The notes below the pieces were generated by a model. It had not been told where the DNA came from. It was given only the letters and a program-made list of their open reading frames with translations, and did not search any database. A program made the position numbers and the translations under genes. From positions 461,964 to 525,963 of the forward strand of contig NC_068995.1 of the NCBI RefSeq assembly GCF_001194135.2: 64,000 nucleotides of DNA. The letters run 5' to 3'. This document shows, piece by piece, positions 1 through 12,217 of the stretch. The stretch comes from Octopus bimaculoides (taxonomy: Eukaryota). The stretch's first letter is position 1, and the number at the start of each line of letters is the position of its first letter.

Positions 1-634
1 TAGATAGATAATTAAATGTACAAATAAACAATAGAAATAAATGTTTAAGTAAAAAGGAAAGGTGGAAAAAAGAAATCTGAAAACCTCATCCGAAAAGCAT
101 CAAACGTTGGCCTAAATTTATTTTCTATTCATAAACTTTTGAATCTTTTCCCTATTATTCCTTTTTAATTTTCTCTTACCTTCAACCTTGTTTTGGCTGT
201 TTTTCTTCTTTATGCTCCGCCCCTTCTTGTTCCGCCTCCTTTTTCCCCCTTTTTGTCTTCATGTTGTATTTTTTGCTTTATCTTTTTGTTCAACCTTGTT
301 TTACCTTTTTTTCTCCCTTACTTCTTCGGTATATTTTTTTGGCCTGTGTTCCTTTTTTTTTTTTCTGTCTCTCTTTTTGTGTATTTTGTCTTTTTTTTAT
401 TCTGTCGCAATCTGTCATTTATTGTCTGTTTGTATTTTCCTATAGTTTTGACTGTATCATTTTGCTCATTTTAATTGTTCCTAACCTATCTATTCCCCCC
501 CCCCGTCTACCTATCCCTATGTCCTACTCTCTGTTGTATGTTTCTAGTGGCTCTAGTTCGCTCTTAATCGGCTCAAGTTTGCACTTGACCCAACGAAACG
601 TTAGGACATCGGTTGACAAATATTCTCGTGCCTT

Positions 635-695
635 GTTCGCTGAGTTCAAATACCATGAATCTAACTTTACTTTTCATCCTTTCGTTACTCAATAA
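635..695 (+). mobile_element. Degenerate fragment of tRNA-derived SINE family A
   Basis: ctgagttcaaat...actttacttttcatcctttcg matches the B-box and downstream part of the family A copy at 52943. Confidence 0.55.
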
Positions 696-959
696 ACTCC
701 TTGGTTTAATTTCTTCTCTCAGAATCGGCTGCAATGCATTGTATAAAAGGTCGAAGGGAACAACTGACAATAACTTTTCGCCTGAAATCTAAAGTGATTC
801 GAAGAGAAGCTGGTCGCTCCTTGTTATAGAAAAAAGTGATATTCTGCTAGAATTGTCCAAGGACAGATGATTGCATATTACAGCAGGGAACGGACAATTT
901 GAAGATACTTCTGAAGTTTTCTTGACATTACAGTTTTTCTTTTTTTTCGTTTCATTTTT

Positions 960-1127
960 CTGGTGTGTTTACATCCCCGTAAACTAAGCGGTTCGGCCAA
1001 AGAGACCGATAGAATAAGTACTAGGCTTACAAAGAATAAGTCCTGGGGTCGATTTGCTCGACTAAAGGCGGTGTTCCAGCATGGCCGCAATCAAATGACT
1101 GAAACAAGTAAAAGAGTAAAGAGTAAA
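960..1127 (+). mobile_element. SINE family B, 3' half (low divergence)
   Basis: tggtgtgtttacatccccgt...gatagaataagtact...ctggggtcgatttgctcgactaaaggcggtgttccagcatggccgc...gactgaaacaagtaaaagagt aligns by eye with the 3' half of the copy at 4248-4678, and is followed by (TA)n. Confidence 0.85.
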
Positions 1128-1970
1128 TATATATATATATATATATATATATACTAGAGAATGCGCTTAGCGGTTGCACATCTATGTTAGAAGGAGGTTT
1201 GCAAAACTTTCTTCCTTCAATAAAATTCATTCATATGCTGTATGGTGTCTTCTTTAATTCTCTCTCACTCACTAATTACTAAATCCACATTAGCTATTAA
1301 TTTATTCGGCGTATTGATTATTATAGAGTCTGACTGACAGAGCATGAGCTGGTGGTTGTTGTTGCAGTTGTGGTTGTGGTGTCTGTGGTCGATGATGGCT
1401 ATTGTTGTGGTATGCCTTGTCATGGTAATTATGCAGATGGCATTTCTAGTGTCTCTGGATAGTGTTGTTGTTGTTGTGGTAGCGGTAGTGCTGTGGTTGC
1501 GGGTTTTTATGAAAGCTGTTGCTGTTGATAAGACAGTATTGGTGGTAGTTGTAAGGAAAATGTTTGTGATGGTGGTGGTGGTGGTTTCGGCTGAAGTGGA
1601 TTGCTGGGGAAGGTAAATTTGGAGAATGGAGTATTTGTGGCTGATGTGCAGTGTGGTTGTTGCTGGTGGTGGTGGTGGTGCTGGTGTTGTGAAAGTGGTG
1701 ATGGCGGTGGTGGTGGTAGCTGTGACGGGGTTAGTGGTGGTTCTGGTGGTAGTTTAGGAGTTGGTGCATTTGATGTATTTTTAACACATGAAGAGGCGAT
1801 ATCAGTTCGACTTTTACAGTATTGTTAAGGGCACGAGTACCTGTTGTGTGTGTGTATCTGTGAGACGCGTGTGTGTTTGCGTCAGTATGTGCTTGTGCGA
1901 GCATACACCTGTGTGTGTGCGTGTGTGTGTCTACAGAGAGAGGAATATATATATACATATATACACACAC

Positions 1971-2008
<38 letters not shown>

Positions 2009-2584
2009 GTTATACATATTTTCGTGCAAACGAACGAGCATGCTTATATATGTGTGTGTGTGTGTGTTTGTATGTGTGCCTGTGTGTGTGTATGTGTGTG
2101 TATATCGTGTATTTCGTTTCACCAATTTTTGTATTTAGTTTTATGCAAACGGCAAGAAGACCCTTCAATCCCCACCATCACCACCCCACCCCCACACCTG
2201 CTCTGCCCTAACCTCCCACCCCCACTCAATTATTTGTGCTTTTTGTCCTTTTTTCTTTGTTGTCTTTTTTTTCCCGTTCTTAAAAGAAGAACCACCATCA
2301 CAAACCACAGAAGAGCGTTTCTTTCTTTCTTTCTTTCTTTCTTTCTAGTCCTCCAAAAACCTGGCTCGACGTTGACGAGGTGGCATAATGAGAGCTAAAG
2401 AGAGACGCACTGTCCGTGACCATCCATGCGTAGAGAACTGTACTGGACTCGAGACATTGCATAAATATCTCTTAATATATACGCACACGCACGCACGAAC
2501 GAACGCACACACCTACCGACAAATACACATATCCACATTCTTCCTCTAACTCTGTCTCTATCCCTCACTCACACACACACAAGC

Positions 2585-2617
<33 letters not shown>

Positions 2618-2764
2618 TATACATATATATATAGGGAGTGATAGGGAGAGAGTGAATGCTTCATCACATCCCACTAAACAATAGGACCCGTTTTCGGTTT
2701 TTCGATGGGTGCAAAGAAGACGGCTTCAATCACTCTCCAGACCTCTACATGTATGCACGTACGC

Positions 2765-2804
<40 letters not shown>

Positions 2805-3291
2805 GAACACAAATATACAATTGTATGTATGAATGAATGTATATACATATATTAATTTCAATTTTCGGCGCATCTAAATAAATATAATGAAAAAAGAAAA
2901 GAGGTGGAACGGAGAATAAATAATAAGAAACATGAAGGAAAAGAGAGAGAGAGAGAGTTGGAGAGGTGGAGTTAAGTGGTGGCGTTGACGACGGCGGGCA
3001 AGATGGAGGAGGAAATAGGAAATCTATTGACAATGTCAGGTCTATTATAATACAACCATCAGGATCTGCGGTAATAATAACAACAACAACAATCGGCAAT
3101 ATCGTCCAACTGACATCACAACCGCCCTGGTCACTCAAGAACGCTTGCTTTGCCCCTTCTTCTTGTTACTTTTTTAGTTTATGCATTCAGTTCTTTTGTT
3201 TTTTTTTGTGGTTTGTCTCTCTTTGACAGCGGTTTTCTACTCTTCGAATGTATTTGCATCTAAGAATGTACAAACACACACACACACGCAC

Positions 3292-3327
<36 letters not shown>

Positions 3328-3520
3328 GCGCAGACGTGACTGTGTGGTAAGAAGTTTGCTTCCCAAGCACGTGGTTCCGGGTTCGGTCTTGCGCGACACC
3401 TTGGCCAAGTNNNNNNNNNNACTGTGTGGTAAGAAGTTTGCTTCCCAAGCACGTGGTTCCGGGTTCGGTCTTGCGCGACACCTTGGCCAAGTGTCTTCTA
3501 CGATAACCCTGGCCCGACCA
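3328..3520 (+). mobile_element. SINE family B, tRNA-like 5' head, containing a gap-flanking duplication
   Basis: gcgcagacgtgactgtgtggtaagaagtttgcttcccaagcacgtggttccgggttcggtc has A-box and B-box-like motifs. 3339-3410 is repeated identically at 3421-3492 across a 10-N gap. Confidence 0.85.
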
Positions 3521-3637
3521 AACGAAAACTGTGTGGATGCCTTTAATTCCTTTTCTTCTTATTGCCAGTGGAATCGTTAAAGCATCGCCAAAAGAGCTTA
3601 GCAGCGTTCCTTTTGGCTCTTTACAAAAAAAAAAAAA

Positions 3638-3726
3638 ACACTTGCCCGAGGTGCCATGCAGTGAGACCGAACCCAGAACCATGTAGCTGGTAAGCAAGCT
3701 TCTTACCACGCAGTCACTCCTGCGCC
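3638..3726 (-). mobile_element. SINE family B, 5' head
   Basis: Reverse complement reads ggcgcaggagtgactgcgtggtaagaagcttgcttaccagctacatggttctgggttcggtctcactgcatggcacctcgggcaagtgt, the same head as at 3328 and 63661. Confidence 0.85.
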
Positions 3727-4247
3727 AACGATTGAAAGAAAGTAAAAGGGAAAAAAATGAAATATTTGTCTGTCACCGAATTTTAAACTATTCTCGAGCA
3801 GAAAGCGTTTCGGCTAATTTAACGCTTCACTTCATATTATAATGAAACGTCTTGCAGTGGATCTTAAGTTACCAATATTGTGATCATCATCATCATCATC
3901 ATCATCGTCATTATCATCATGTTTATGATTATTGTTGTTGTTGTCGGTTTTATTATTAATAATAGAGTCTAGTGGGAGGTGGGGACACGACCTAGAAGTG
4001 TGGCAAGTTTATACGGACGGCGTTAGAAGGTAGCTGTCAAGGGCTGACTATCGTTATTGTAGCCTCCACTACTTATATGTGTAGAAACGTGTGTATATAT
4101 ATAATTGTGTGTGTGTGTGTGTATTTGTGGATATACGTAATGTAAACTAAAAACATTGCTAAACACACACAAAGAGAAAAACAAATTGCATGCAATACCA
4201 TCTGTTTGGAAGGTATGTATATACACACACACGCATGCACACACACA

Positions 4248-4391
4248 GCTGTGAGGTAAGAAGTTTGCCTCCCAACCAGATGGTTTCGGGTTTAGAGCTA
4301 ATACACGGGACATTGAGTAAATGTCTTATAGCGTTGGGCGGACCAACGCCTTGTGAGTGGAGTTGGTGGACGGAAACTAAAAGAAGCCTGT

Positions 4392-4438
<47 letters not shown>

Positions 4439-4678
4439 ATCCGTGTATATATATGTTTATATCTTTGTATGTCTTTCTGTTCGTGCTTGTCGATTGACAA
4501 CCGGTGTTGGTTTGTTTACGTCCCCGTAACTTAGTGGTTCGGTATATGATACCGTTAGAATAAGTATCAGGCTTTAAAACCAAAACAAATATATACTGAA
4601 GCCGATTTCTTCGACTGAAACCCTTCAAGATGGTGCCGCAGCATGGCCGCAGTCTAATGACTGAAACAAGAATAAAGA
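4248..4678 (+). mobile_element. SINE family B, near full length, with internal (TA)n/(TG)n array
   Basis: Head gctgtgaggtaagaagtttgcctcccaacc; body ...gacggaaactaaaagaagcctgtc; internal microsatellite 4393-4440; 3' half matches 960-1127. Confidence 0.85.
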
Positions 4679-4760
4679 CTTACACATACATTAATCTGCC
4701 TCTGGGTCATCGATTAAAGACTGATGTAAATAAGAAGATACAAAAGGAGATCAATAGTTA

Positions 4761-4887
4761 CAGGTTCCTGTTTTTATAACCCTAAAAGATGAAAGCAAAG
4801 TCGACCTCAACGGAATTTGAACTGAAAGCGTAAAGCCGTAAGAAAACCTGCTAAGCATTTTGTCCGGCATTCTGCCAACTTGCTTGA
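4761..4887 (-). mobile_element. SINE family A, degenerate
   Basis: aaagatgaaagcaaagtcgacctcaacggaatttgaactga...ctaagcattttgtccggc is the reverse complement of the family A head and body. Confidence 0.75.
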
Positions 4888-5383
4888 TTCACCATACCTT
4901 TTCCATTTCTTGTAGTACTACATTGTTCCAACTGCCAGAAGAAAGCAATCGAAATTTTACAAACTTTAAGAAAAGCCAAAATTAATCGATATTATCTTCT
5001 ATCCAGTTTAATAAAAGCGCTGCGGTTTGATTTCACAATGTGGTGGACTCAGACATTCATGAAAACCATGGTTGTAACTCTATATATTTAATCTCAAACA
5101 CGTGTGTCGGCGCCCAATTTAATATATTTTTGAGGGTGAGGAGACTGAGGAGGAGACAGTGTGTCTCTGGGAGTGTGCGTACGTAGAAAGAGAGAGAGAG
5201 AGAAAGAAAGAGAGAGAGATGTGTTCGTTTATTTGCTTGTGCCCGTGGCTGTTAACCTTTTGTATTTCGTGTTCTTGTGGTTCTAATTGTCTTTTAGAAT
5301 CCATTTATTGTAGACTTAGACTTGCTTACAGAATCTTTGGGGTTGTTATGTCTATATATGTATGCGCGAGTGTCTACATAGTT

Positions 5384-5454
<71 letters not shown>

Positions 5455-5570
5455 GAAGTAAATACAACGTTAAAGTTTTTATTTTTTTTCCTTTCCTTTG
5501 AAATGACTTAAATTTTGTCGTTCTTCCGGTCGTTTGACTGCTTCTTCTAGCGTGTACGATATTTCGTGAA

Positions 5571-5816
5571 ACCACGTGGCTTAGTGGCCAGAACGTAACA
5601 CTCGCGATCGCATGACCACGGTTTCGAATTCCTGACTGGGTTGTGTGTTCTTGAGCAAAACACTTCCTTTCCTCTTGGCAACCGTCCACTCAGCTGTAAA
5701 TGAGTTCCAGACACAGTTGGGTAGTTAGCCCTGCGAAGGACTGGCGTCCCATCCAAGGATAGCGAGTGTCGTTATCTCATTTACATATTCACCACGGAAA
5801 CCAGATTAAACTCCGG
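5571..5816 (+). mobile_element. SINE family C (tRNA head plus V-domain-like core)
   Basis: A-box-like tggcttagtgg, B-box-like ggtttcgaattc, then ttgtgtgttcttgagcaaaacact...gtccactcagctgtaaatgagt and ccctgcgaaggactggcgtcccatccaagg. Related copies at 20820-21065 and 29190-29270. Confidence 0.7.
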
Positions 5817-5844
5817 AAGGTCATGGTGGTAGTGGTGGTATTGG

Positions 5845-5950
5845 TAGCAAAGTCGAACCCGGCAGAATTTCAACTCAGAACGTAAAGTCGGGAAAAATGC
5901 TGCTAAGCATTTTATCCGGCACGGTAACAGTTCTGCTTAGCTCACCACCT
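5845..5950 (-). mobile_element. SINE family A head
   Basis: gcaaagtcgaacccggcagaatttcaactcagaacgtaaag...gctaagcattttatccggcacggtaacagttctgcttagctcaccacct is the reverse complement of the family A 5' end. Confidence 0.8.
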
Positions 5951-5975
5951 TTTATTAATTGAATATTAATTAGGG

Positions 5976-6040
5976 TTACATACTGATGAGAGACAGATAT
6001 TTTCGGTAAGAAAATGTGAATTTCGAAACTAGTTTGCCGA
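5976..6040 (+). ncRNA. Candidate minimal type I hammerhead ribozyme with extended stem II
   Basis: CTGATGA 5983-5989; stem II GAGA/TTTC enclosing an 8-bp hairpin ATATTTTC/GAAAATGT; GAAA 6025-6028; palindromic ACTAGT stem III. Stem I is poorly paired. Confidence 0.4.
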
Positions 6041-6188
6041 TAATTTTGTATATATTTATGTAATTTTCACTTGTCCTGCCCGCATACTGTTTGTTACTTC
6101 GCTAAATTTCCTTTGAGAACAATTCGGTCTTAGTAGACACATTACATGTGATCTTCTTCTAGCACATTAACAGTCCACCTAGTGGTCT

Positions 6189-6227
<39 letters not shown>

Positions 6228-6234
6228 CAAAAAC

Positions 6235-6450
6235 ACAATAACAAAAAAACAAAAAAACAACAAGGTGAGGACGTGATATGGATAGTATTATTGGACGCTC
6301 AGGAAAGGAAAGAGAGTGTATGACGTTTCGGGCGTAGCCCTTCGTCGGAAAGATGGAAAGTTCGGAGAATGGAAGAACGGAGAAAGAGGAAAATGGTACC
6401 GATGCCCACGAGGTTACATGGTCTATATGAATGTCCATATGAATGTGTGT
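6235..6450 (-). mobile_element. Penelope-like element terminal-repeat fragment with degenerate hammerhead motif
   Basis: Reverse strand reads tctttCCGACGAagggctacgcccGAAAcgtc...ttcctgagcgtccaataatact, homologous to 15714-15779. Confidence 0.55.
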
Positions 6451-7254
6451 GTGTGTGTTTCTATGTGTGTATCTATCTGTATAAGAAGTGCGTATCCATG
6501 GATGCAAATGTGTTTTAGAGGGAGAGAGAGGGAGAGAGAGAAAAGGAGAGAGAGAAAAGGAGAGAGAGAAAAGGAGAGAGAGAGAGAGAGAATAAGGGAG
6601 AGAGAGAGTGTGAGGGAGGGAGGAAGGGAGGGAGAAAGGGGGCGAGACATTAAGCTAAGAATATATAAAGAAAAGATCGAAGCAGAGAAACTTGTCCCTT
6701 TTTCTGACTCTTCCCATTTCCACTGTCTCCCCATTTCTTCCTCCTCCTCCTCCTCACATTAACAACAACAACAACAACGACAAACAAGGGGGAGGGTCCG
6801 TCCCGTTGATGACCGTTGCACAAGAAATGGTAACGGAAGACAGAACGGAACTAGCATCTCGCAAGTGCACGTGTTAGACCACCATTTGTTTATTTATTCA
6901 TTTACTGGTCCCTATTTTACTCCTATCAATTGGAGATCCTTATTTTAACCATGGAAGGTCCAATAAGCCTTTTGTTTCTTTTGCTTTTATTTCTATTTAT
7001 TCATTTTTGTTTTCGATAAATTTCCTCTTCCTTCCTCCCAATTCGAACCCCACACGTTTTTATTCATTTATATTTAAATTCGGAAAAACTTGTTCCACCT
7101 CCCACCTTTGCTCCTCATTATTCTCAGTATTTCTTGCTTTTTGTTGTTGTTTTCTTCCATTAATTCTTGCCAACCACTTTTTTTTTTATTTTGTCATTAT
7201 GTCCTAATAATTTCTCGACAGACAGCCGTTGACCTTGTGGCGAATAAAATACAT

Positions 7255-7392
7255 CATTATTATTATTATTACTATTATTATTATTATTATTATTACTATT
7301 ATTATTATTATTACTATTATTACTATTATTATTATTATTATTATTACTATTAACATTATTATTATTATCTTCATCATCATCATCATCATCAT
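7255..7392. repeat. (ATT)n then (ATC)n trinucleotide array
   Basis: Direct reading of the sequence. Confidence 0.95.
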
Positions 7393-7520
7393 TTATGTTT
7401 TGAGCATCAAATCCCACTGAAGTCGACTTTGCCTTTCATCCTTTGAGAGTCGATAAAATCAAGTACCAGTGAAATACTGGGGTGCGTATAACTGGTTATT
7501 GTTTCCTCCTTTAAATTTTT
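7393..7520 (+). mobile_element. SINE family A, 5'-truncated
   Basis: gaagtcgactttgcctttcatcctttgagagtcgataaaatcaagtaccagtgaaatactgggg matches family A. Confidence 0.8.
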
Positions 7521-8154
7521 ATTCCTAGCAACTCTATTTGAAGTAATTATTATTTGGCTGCATTGTTAAGGAATACGAGACCAGACAGTCAGTGGCCTTA
7601 CCGGTGCCAAAGCTACTTGATGGCACGTCCATCTTAGTAAGGAACTGTAGGAAGAGTTCAAGAGCAGAGGGTCTTCATAGAAATAGTCCCCATCATGTAA
7701 ATGTTTTGATCCTTAATTCTTTAGGCTCTAAAGGGGCAGCATTGAAGTGATGACAACTCGATACCCTTCAGCTATCACATCGAGATATATTGGCTGCATT
7801 GCATCCATTCCAGATAATTAAGGTGCCCCGGAGCCAAGTTCCTTTGTGTTAGCTTTCGTTTTCTTCACTAAATTAAAATAATTTCAAATAATGTATCAGT
7901 CGGAATACAGGTATCATATTAAAGTTGTGTTATTAACACAGGTAAAATGTTTGATGTTATTTATATTAAACATTATTGTTCGTAAGATGGCATTCCTTGC
8001 TGTTATGAATTTATTTCTTAATTTGTGTTTCTCGTCACAGTTCGAAATTACAACCATTGCCACCATCATCATCATCATCAAGGTTACTGTAATTCTAAAC
8101 GTCACCTCCACCATCACCACTTCTACTGACATCGTCGTCATCCTTGTCTTCGTA

Positions 8155-8226
<72 letters not shown>

Positions 8227-8637
8227 CGCATATGTGTGTGTGTGTGTATAAGTATGCATGTATGTGTGTTGGTGTCCTAATCCTTATTCTTATCATTGTT
8301 AGAGTTGCTGCTGCTGTTATTGTTGTTGTCGTGTTCGTCGTCGTCGTTTTACTCACGGCTATTCAAGACCAATCCAGACTAGTGCTTGTGTTTTCATGTA
8401 ACGTGAGGAACACATGCTTAGCGAAACATTAATTTCAATTTTATTTCTTGTTTGTATTCATGAGTCAGAACTTAACGTTGAGTGTAGGTAGAACCAGGGC
8501 GTGGTTGCTGGCAAATTTATATTTTAATTTAATCAATCGTTCCGCTTATGTATTTTATAGCTTAGCAGACCTCCTATGTTTTGTTTCGATTTTCGGTTTG
8601 ATAGAAACAAAATTACTTTCGAATGTCTTTTATATAG

Positions 8638-8679
<42 letters not shown>

Positions 8680-8880
8680 NNNNNNNNNNNNNNNNNNNNN
8701 NNNNNNNNNNNNNNNNNNNNNNNNNNNNNNNNNNNNNNNNNNNNNNNNNNNNNNNNNNNNNNNNNNNNNNNNNNNNNNNNNNNNNNNNNNNNNNNNNNNN
8801 NNNNNNNNNNNNNNNNNNNNNNNNNNNNNNNNNNNNNNNNNNNNNNNNNNNNTATTTAAATATCTGTGTATATGTGTATG

Positions 8881-8911
<31 letters not shown>

Positions 8912-9382
8912 GCGCATGTGTGTGTGTGTGTGTGTGTGTGTCTATGCACACAAAACACAAATAAAGCATTTCATCACGTTTATCAAACAAGTCCATTTTA
9001 CTAAATCCTGGTACTAAATTCTTAACAGGGCTTTACGTGGTGATGATGATGAGGAGGAGGAGGAGAAGAAGAACAACAACAACAACAACAGTAACATCGG
9101 CAACAACAATAAGTATTACGTCTGTTCTCATTCATTTATTCATTGTTTTGCATTCTTTACTCTAATATAGCATCATCATCAATGACAAAGATAAGAATAA
9201 AACAATGACATAACAGAACGCTGAATGATCAAATATTTATTAAGCCAAAGAAATCAATCATCCATAGCCATATGATGACGACAACAACAACAACAACGAC
9301 AACAAAGAGACAATATTAACGGGAAAAAGAATATTTAATAATGAGCAATGAATAAATATAGAGAAACTCCACAAATATAAAT

Positions 9383-9433
<51 letters not shown>

Positions 9434-9440
9434 TTAATCA

Positions 9441-9506
<66 letters not shown>

Positions 9507-9872
9507 GGCAGAGGAACTCCGCCTTCAAAACTATAAAAAGGCAAAAACGAAAACAATAAACACGATGGCCACAACAAAACAAAAAAGGTGGAGCGCTGAT
9601 ATGACATAAATTTAAAATAACGCCAGCCAAATGCACAAGTACCAAATTATAGACAGAAATATAAAGGTTGTGCAATTAATTTACGTTTCAGTGAATTTTA
9701 TTTCGATCTTCAGAGAAAAGGAAAATATTTTTACTGTTCTTTTTTTCTTCTTTTCTTAAGTGTTCATGTTTTTCTTGTTTTGTCTTGATATCTATAAATA
9801 TATGCATCTATGTATCTATCACTCTCTCTCTCTCTCTTTGCCTTTCTTATTCTCTCTCTTCCTTTCTTATTG

Positions 9873-9950
<78 letters not shown>

Positions 9951-9988
9951 NNNNNNNNNNNNNNNNNNNNNNNNNNNNNNNNNNNNNN

Positions 9989-10072
<84 letters not shown>

Positions 10073-10714
10073 AATTCAAACGCATACATATTTACGTATA
10101 CACACACACATACATATACACAACACACACACAAACATATATACATACTAGATAGATAAATGGATATAGATACATACATGCATACATATATACACACATA
10201 AAGATAACATAAGCTATGCATACATACACACACACACACATGTCTGCTTTGTTTCTCCAATGTATTTTTGTCTGTTTCCCGTCCATTTTTGAAAGTGAGT
10301 TACGCGTCCGTTCAACAACGAAAGATTGTTTGACCAGTCTAAAGACAAGTGTTCACTTGGTGATCATGCAGACCCACGGTCCATTGTGTCCTCAGAGATT
10401 CAATGACCTTTCCTGCTCCTTACAGCCTCACCGCACCGTCTCACTATACTAAACTATGATACACACGCACATACAGATGTGTGTGTATGTATGTATATAT
10501 ATATATATATACACACACGCATACACAGAGACACACATACACACACACAATTAGACAAATACACTTATGAACAATCGTAGTCGCGAGGTGAATGAAATTG
10601 AAAAGTACATGAGTCGAGTCAAGGAAAGCGAGGGAAATTCTGAGGAAGACGTGAATGAAGAGAATGAAAGGAAAGGATTAGAGGAATATAAAAATCTTTT
10701 TCAATCTATCTCTA

Positions 10715-10719
<5 letters not shown>

Positions 10720-10748
<29 letters not shown>

Positions 10749-10750
10749 AC

Positions 10751-10814
<64 letters not shown>

Positions 10815-10815
10815 C
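10720..10815. repeat. (TATC)n followed by (TAGA)n, a self-complementary tetranucleotide pair
   Basis: The two arrays are reverse complements, separated by taac/tag. Confidence 0.9.
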
Positions 10816-12217
10816 CAGGTGAAATAAAATCATAAAAAGAGTTATTTCATTGAATAAAACAGAATAGAACTTTCATTAACTGTTCAAACAGAGCTAGCTC
10901 CCCCTCTCGGCGGCGGGATTAGCCAAGGGCAGCAAATTTTGACAAATGTATCCCTTTTTCTCTCACTATTCTCTTTTAGTTCTTCTTTCAGCCATTTTCA
11001 TTCTCGTTGCTTTTGAAATTATTTTTATCACTTTTGTTACTGTTGCATTCATAATTGCTGTGATTATTCGGGCAGCAGCAGTGGCCGCAGCAGCAGCTCT
11101 ATTAGCAGTGGTTGTTGTTGTTGTCGATGGATTAATTGTTGTTGAGATTGTTATTGTCATTAACTCGTTTGTTTATCATAGTGTTGTACTGTTTCGTCAT
11201 CATCATCATCATCATCATCATCATCTTCTCTTCCTCCCCCTCCTCATTCTTATCTTCCTCTCTTTCCTTTATCGTCTTTATTGTCGTTGCTGTGGTCCTC
11301 AACATCATCATCATCAACATTCTCTGAAATCTACTACTACTACTACTGCTGCTGCTGCTAAAAGTCGTAGCGATAGCACTAACAACAGCAATAATAATGA
11401 TGATGATGATGATGTTGATGACAGCGATGATGTTGGTTACTTTTATTCGCCTCAGGGGAATCCAATAAAGGGGACACTACAAGGACAGGTTACAATGTGT
11501 GAGGGTGGGTGGGTTACAAGAGAAGAGAATAAAAAAGAAGAGGAGCGGGGGGAGGGGCAAGAAATTAGATAAAAATGCTTATTATTATTATTATTATTAT
11601 TATTATTGTTTGGTCCTTTCTTATCCGTTAATTACTTTCTCTCTTTTTACTAATCATAATTCGCCAATATGCAAATGCTTTTTTTAAAATGTCGCCCAAT
11701 GCAAAACCCCCACCACCACCACCACCACTGCCGTAACCGTTTTTATTTTGGGTAATTAACTTTGTTTTATTTATCCACAAACACACACCCCCATACACAC
11801 ACATATATATGTATACATATGTCTGTGTGTGCGTGTATGATATTTAAATACTTTCCGTTCCTTATTCTTTATTTCGAACGTTTTCCTCTCCCTATTTCTG
11901 CCCACTAAATTTTAACAACAACAACAACAACAATAATAATAATAATAATACTACAATAACAACAATTAAATAAAACAAGTCCCGAATGCTCCGCCCTTGT
12001 CTCCATTCTCTTATTTACCGTAACGACAGATAAAGTTATTTGACTGTTATTTCTGAAAACAAAATAAAAAATTTTAAAAAAAGCTAATAGTTATAACAAA
12101 AAAAAAACAACCTTTTCACGATTTCCATAAGCAATGTTTTCATAGAAAACAGGTGACTGGAATTATTATCGCCATTATTATTGCTACTTCTGCAGTTGAA
12201 TGAAGGGTAGAGGAGGG

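Noticed and set aside
3339-3492. Perfect 72-bp direct repeat (possible CRISPR-like or tandem SINE)
   Set aside because: Identical copies flank a 10-N gap, so this is a contig-overlap assembly artefact.
9890-10060. Duplicated (TC)n(TA)n block
   Set aside because: It flanks a 38-N gap, so the same array was probably assembled twice.
10312-10350. Minus-strand LVKQSFVVERT resembling STAT (FVVERQP)
   Set aside because: An 11-residue resemblance only, and no other STAT exon was found in the window.
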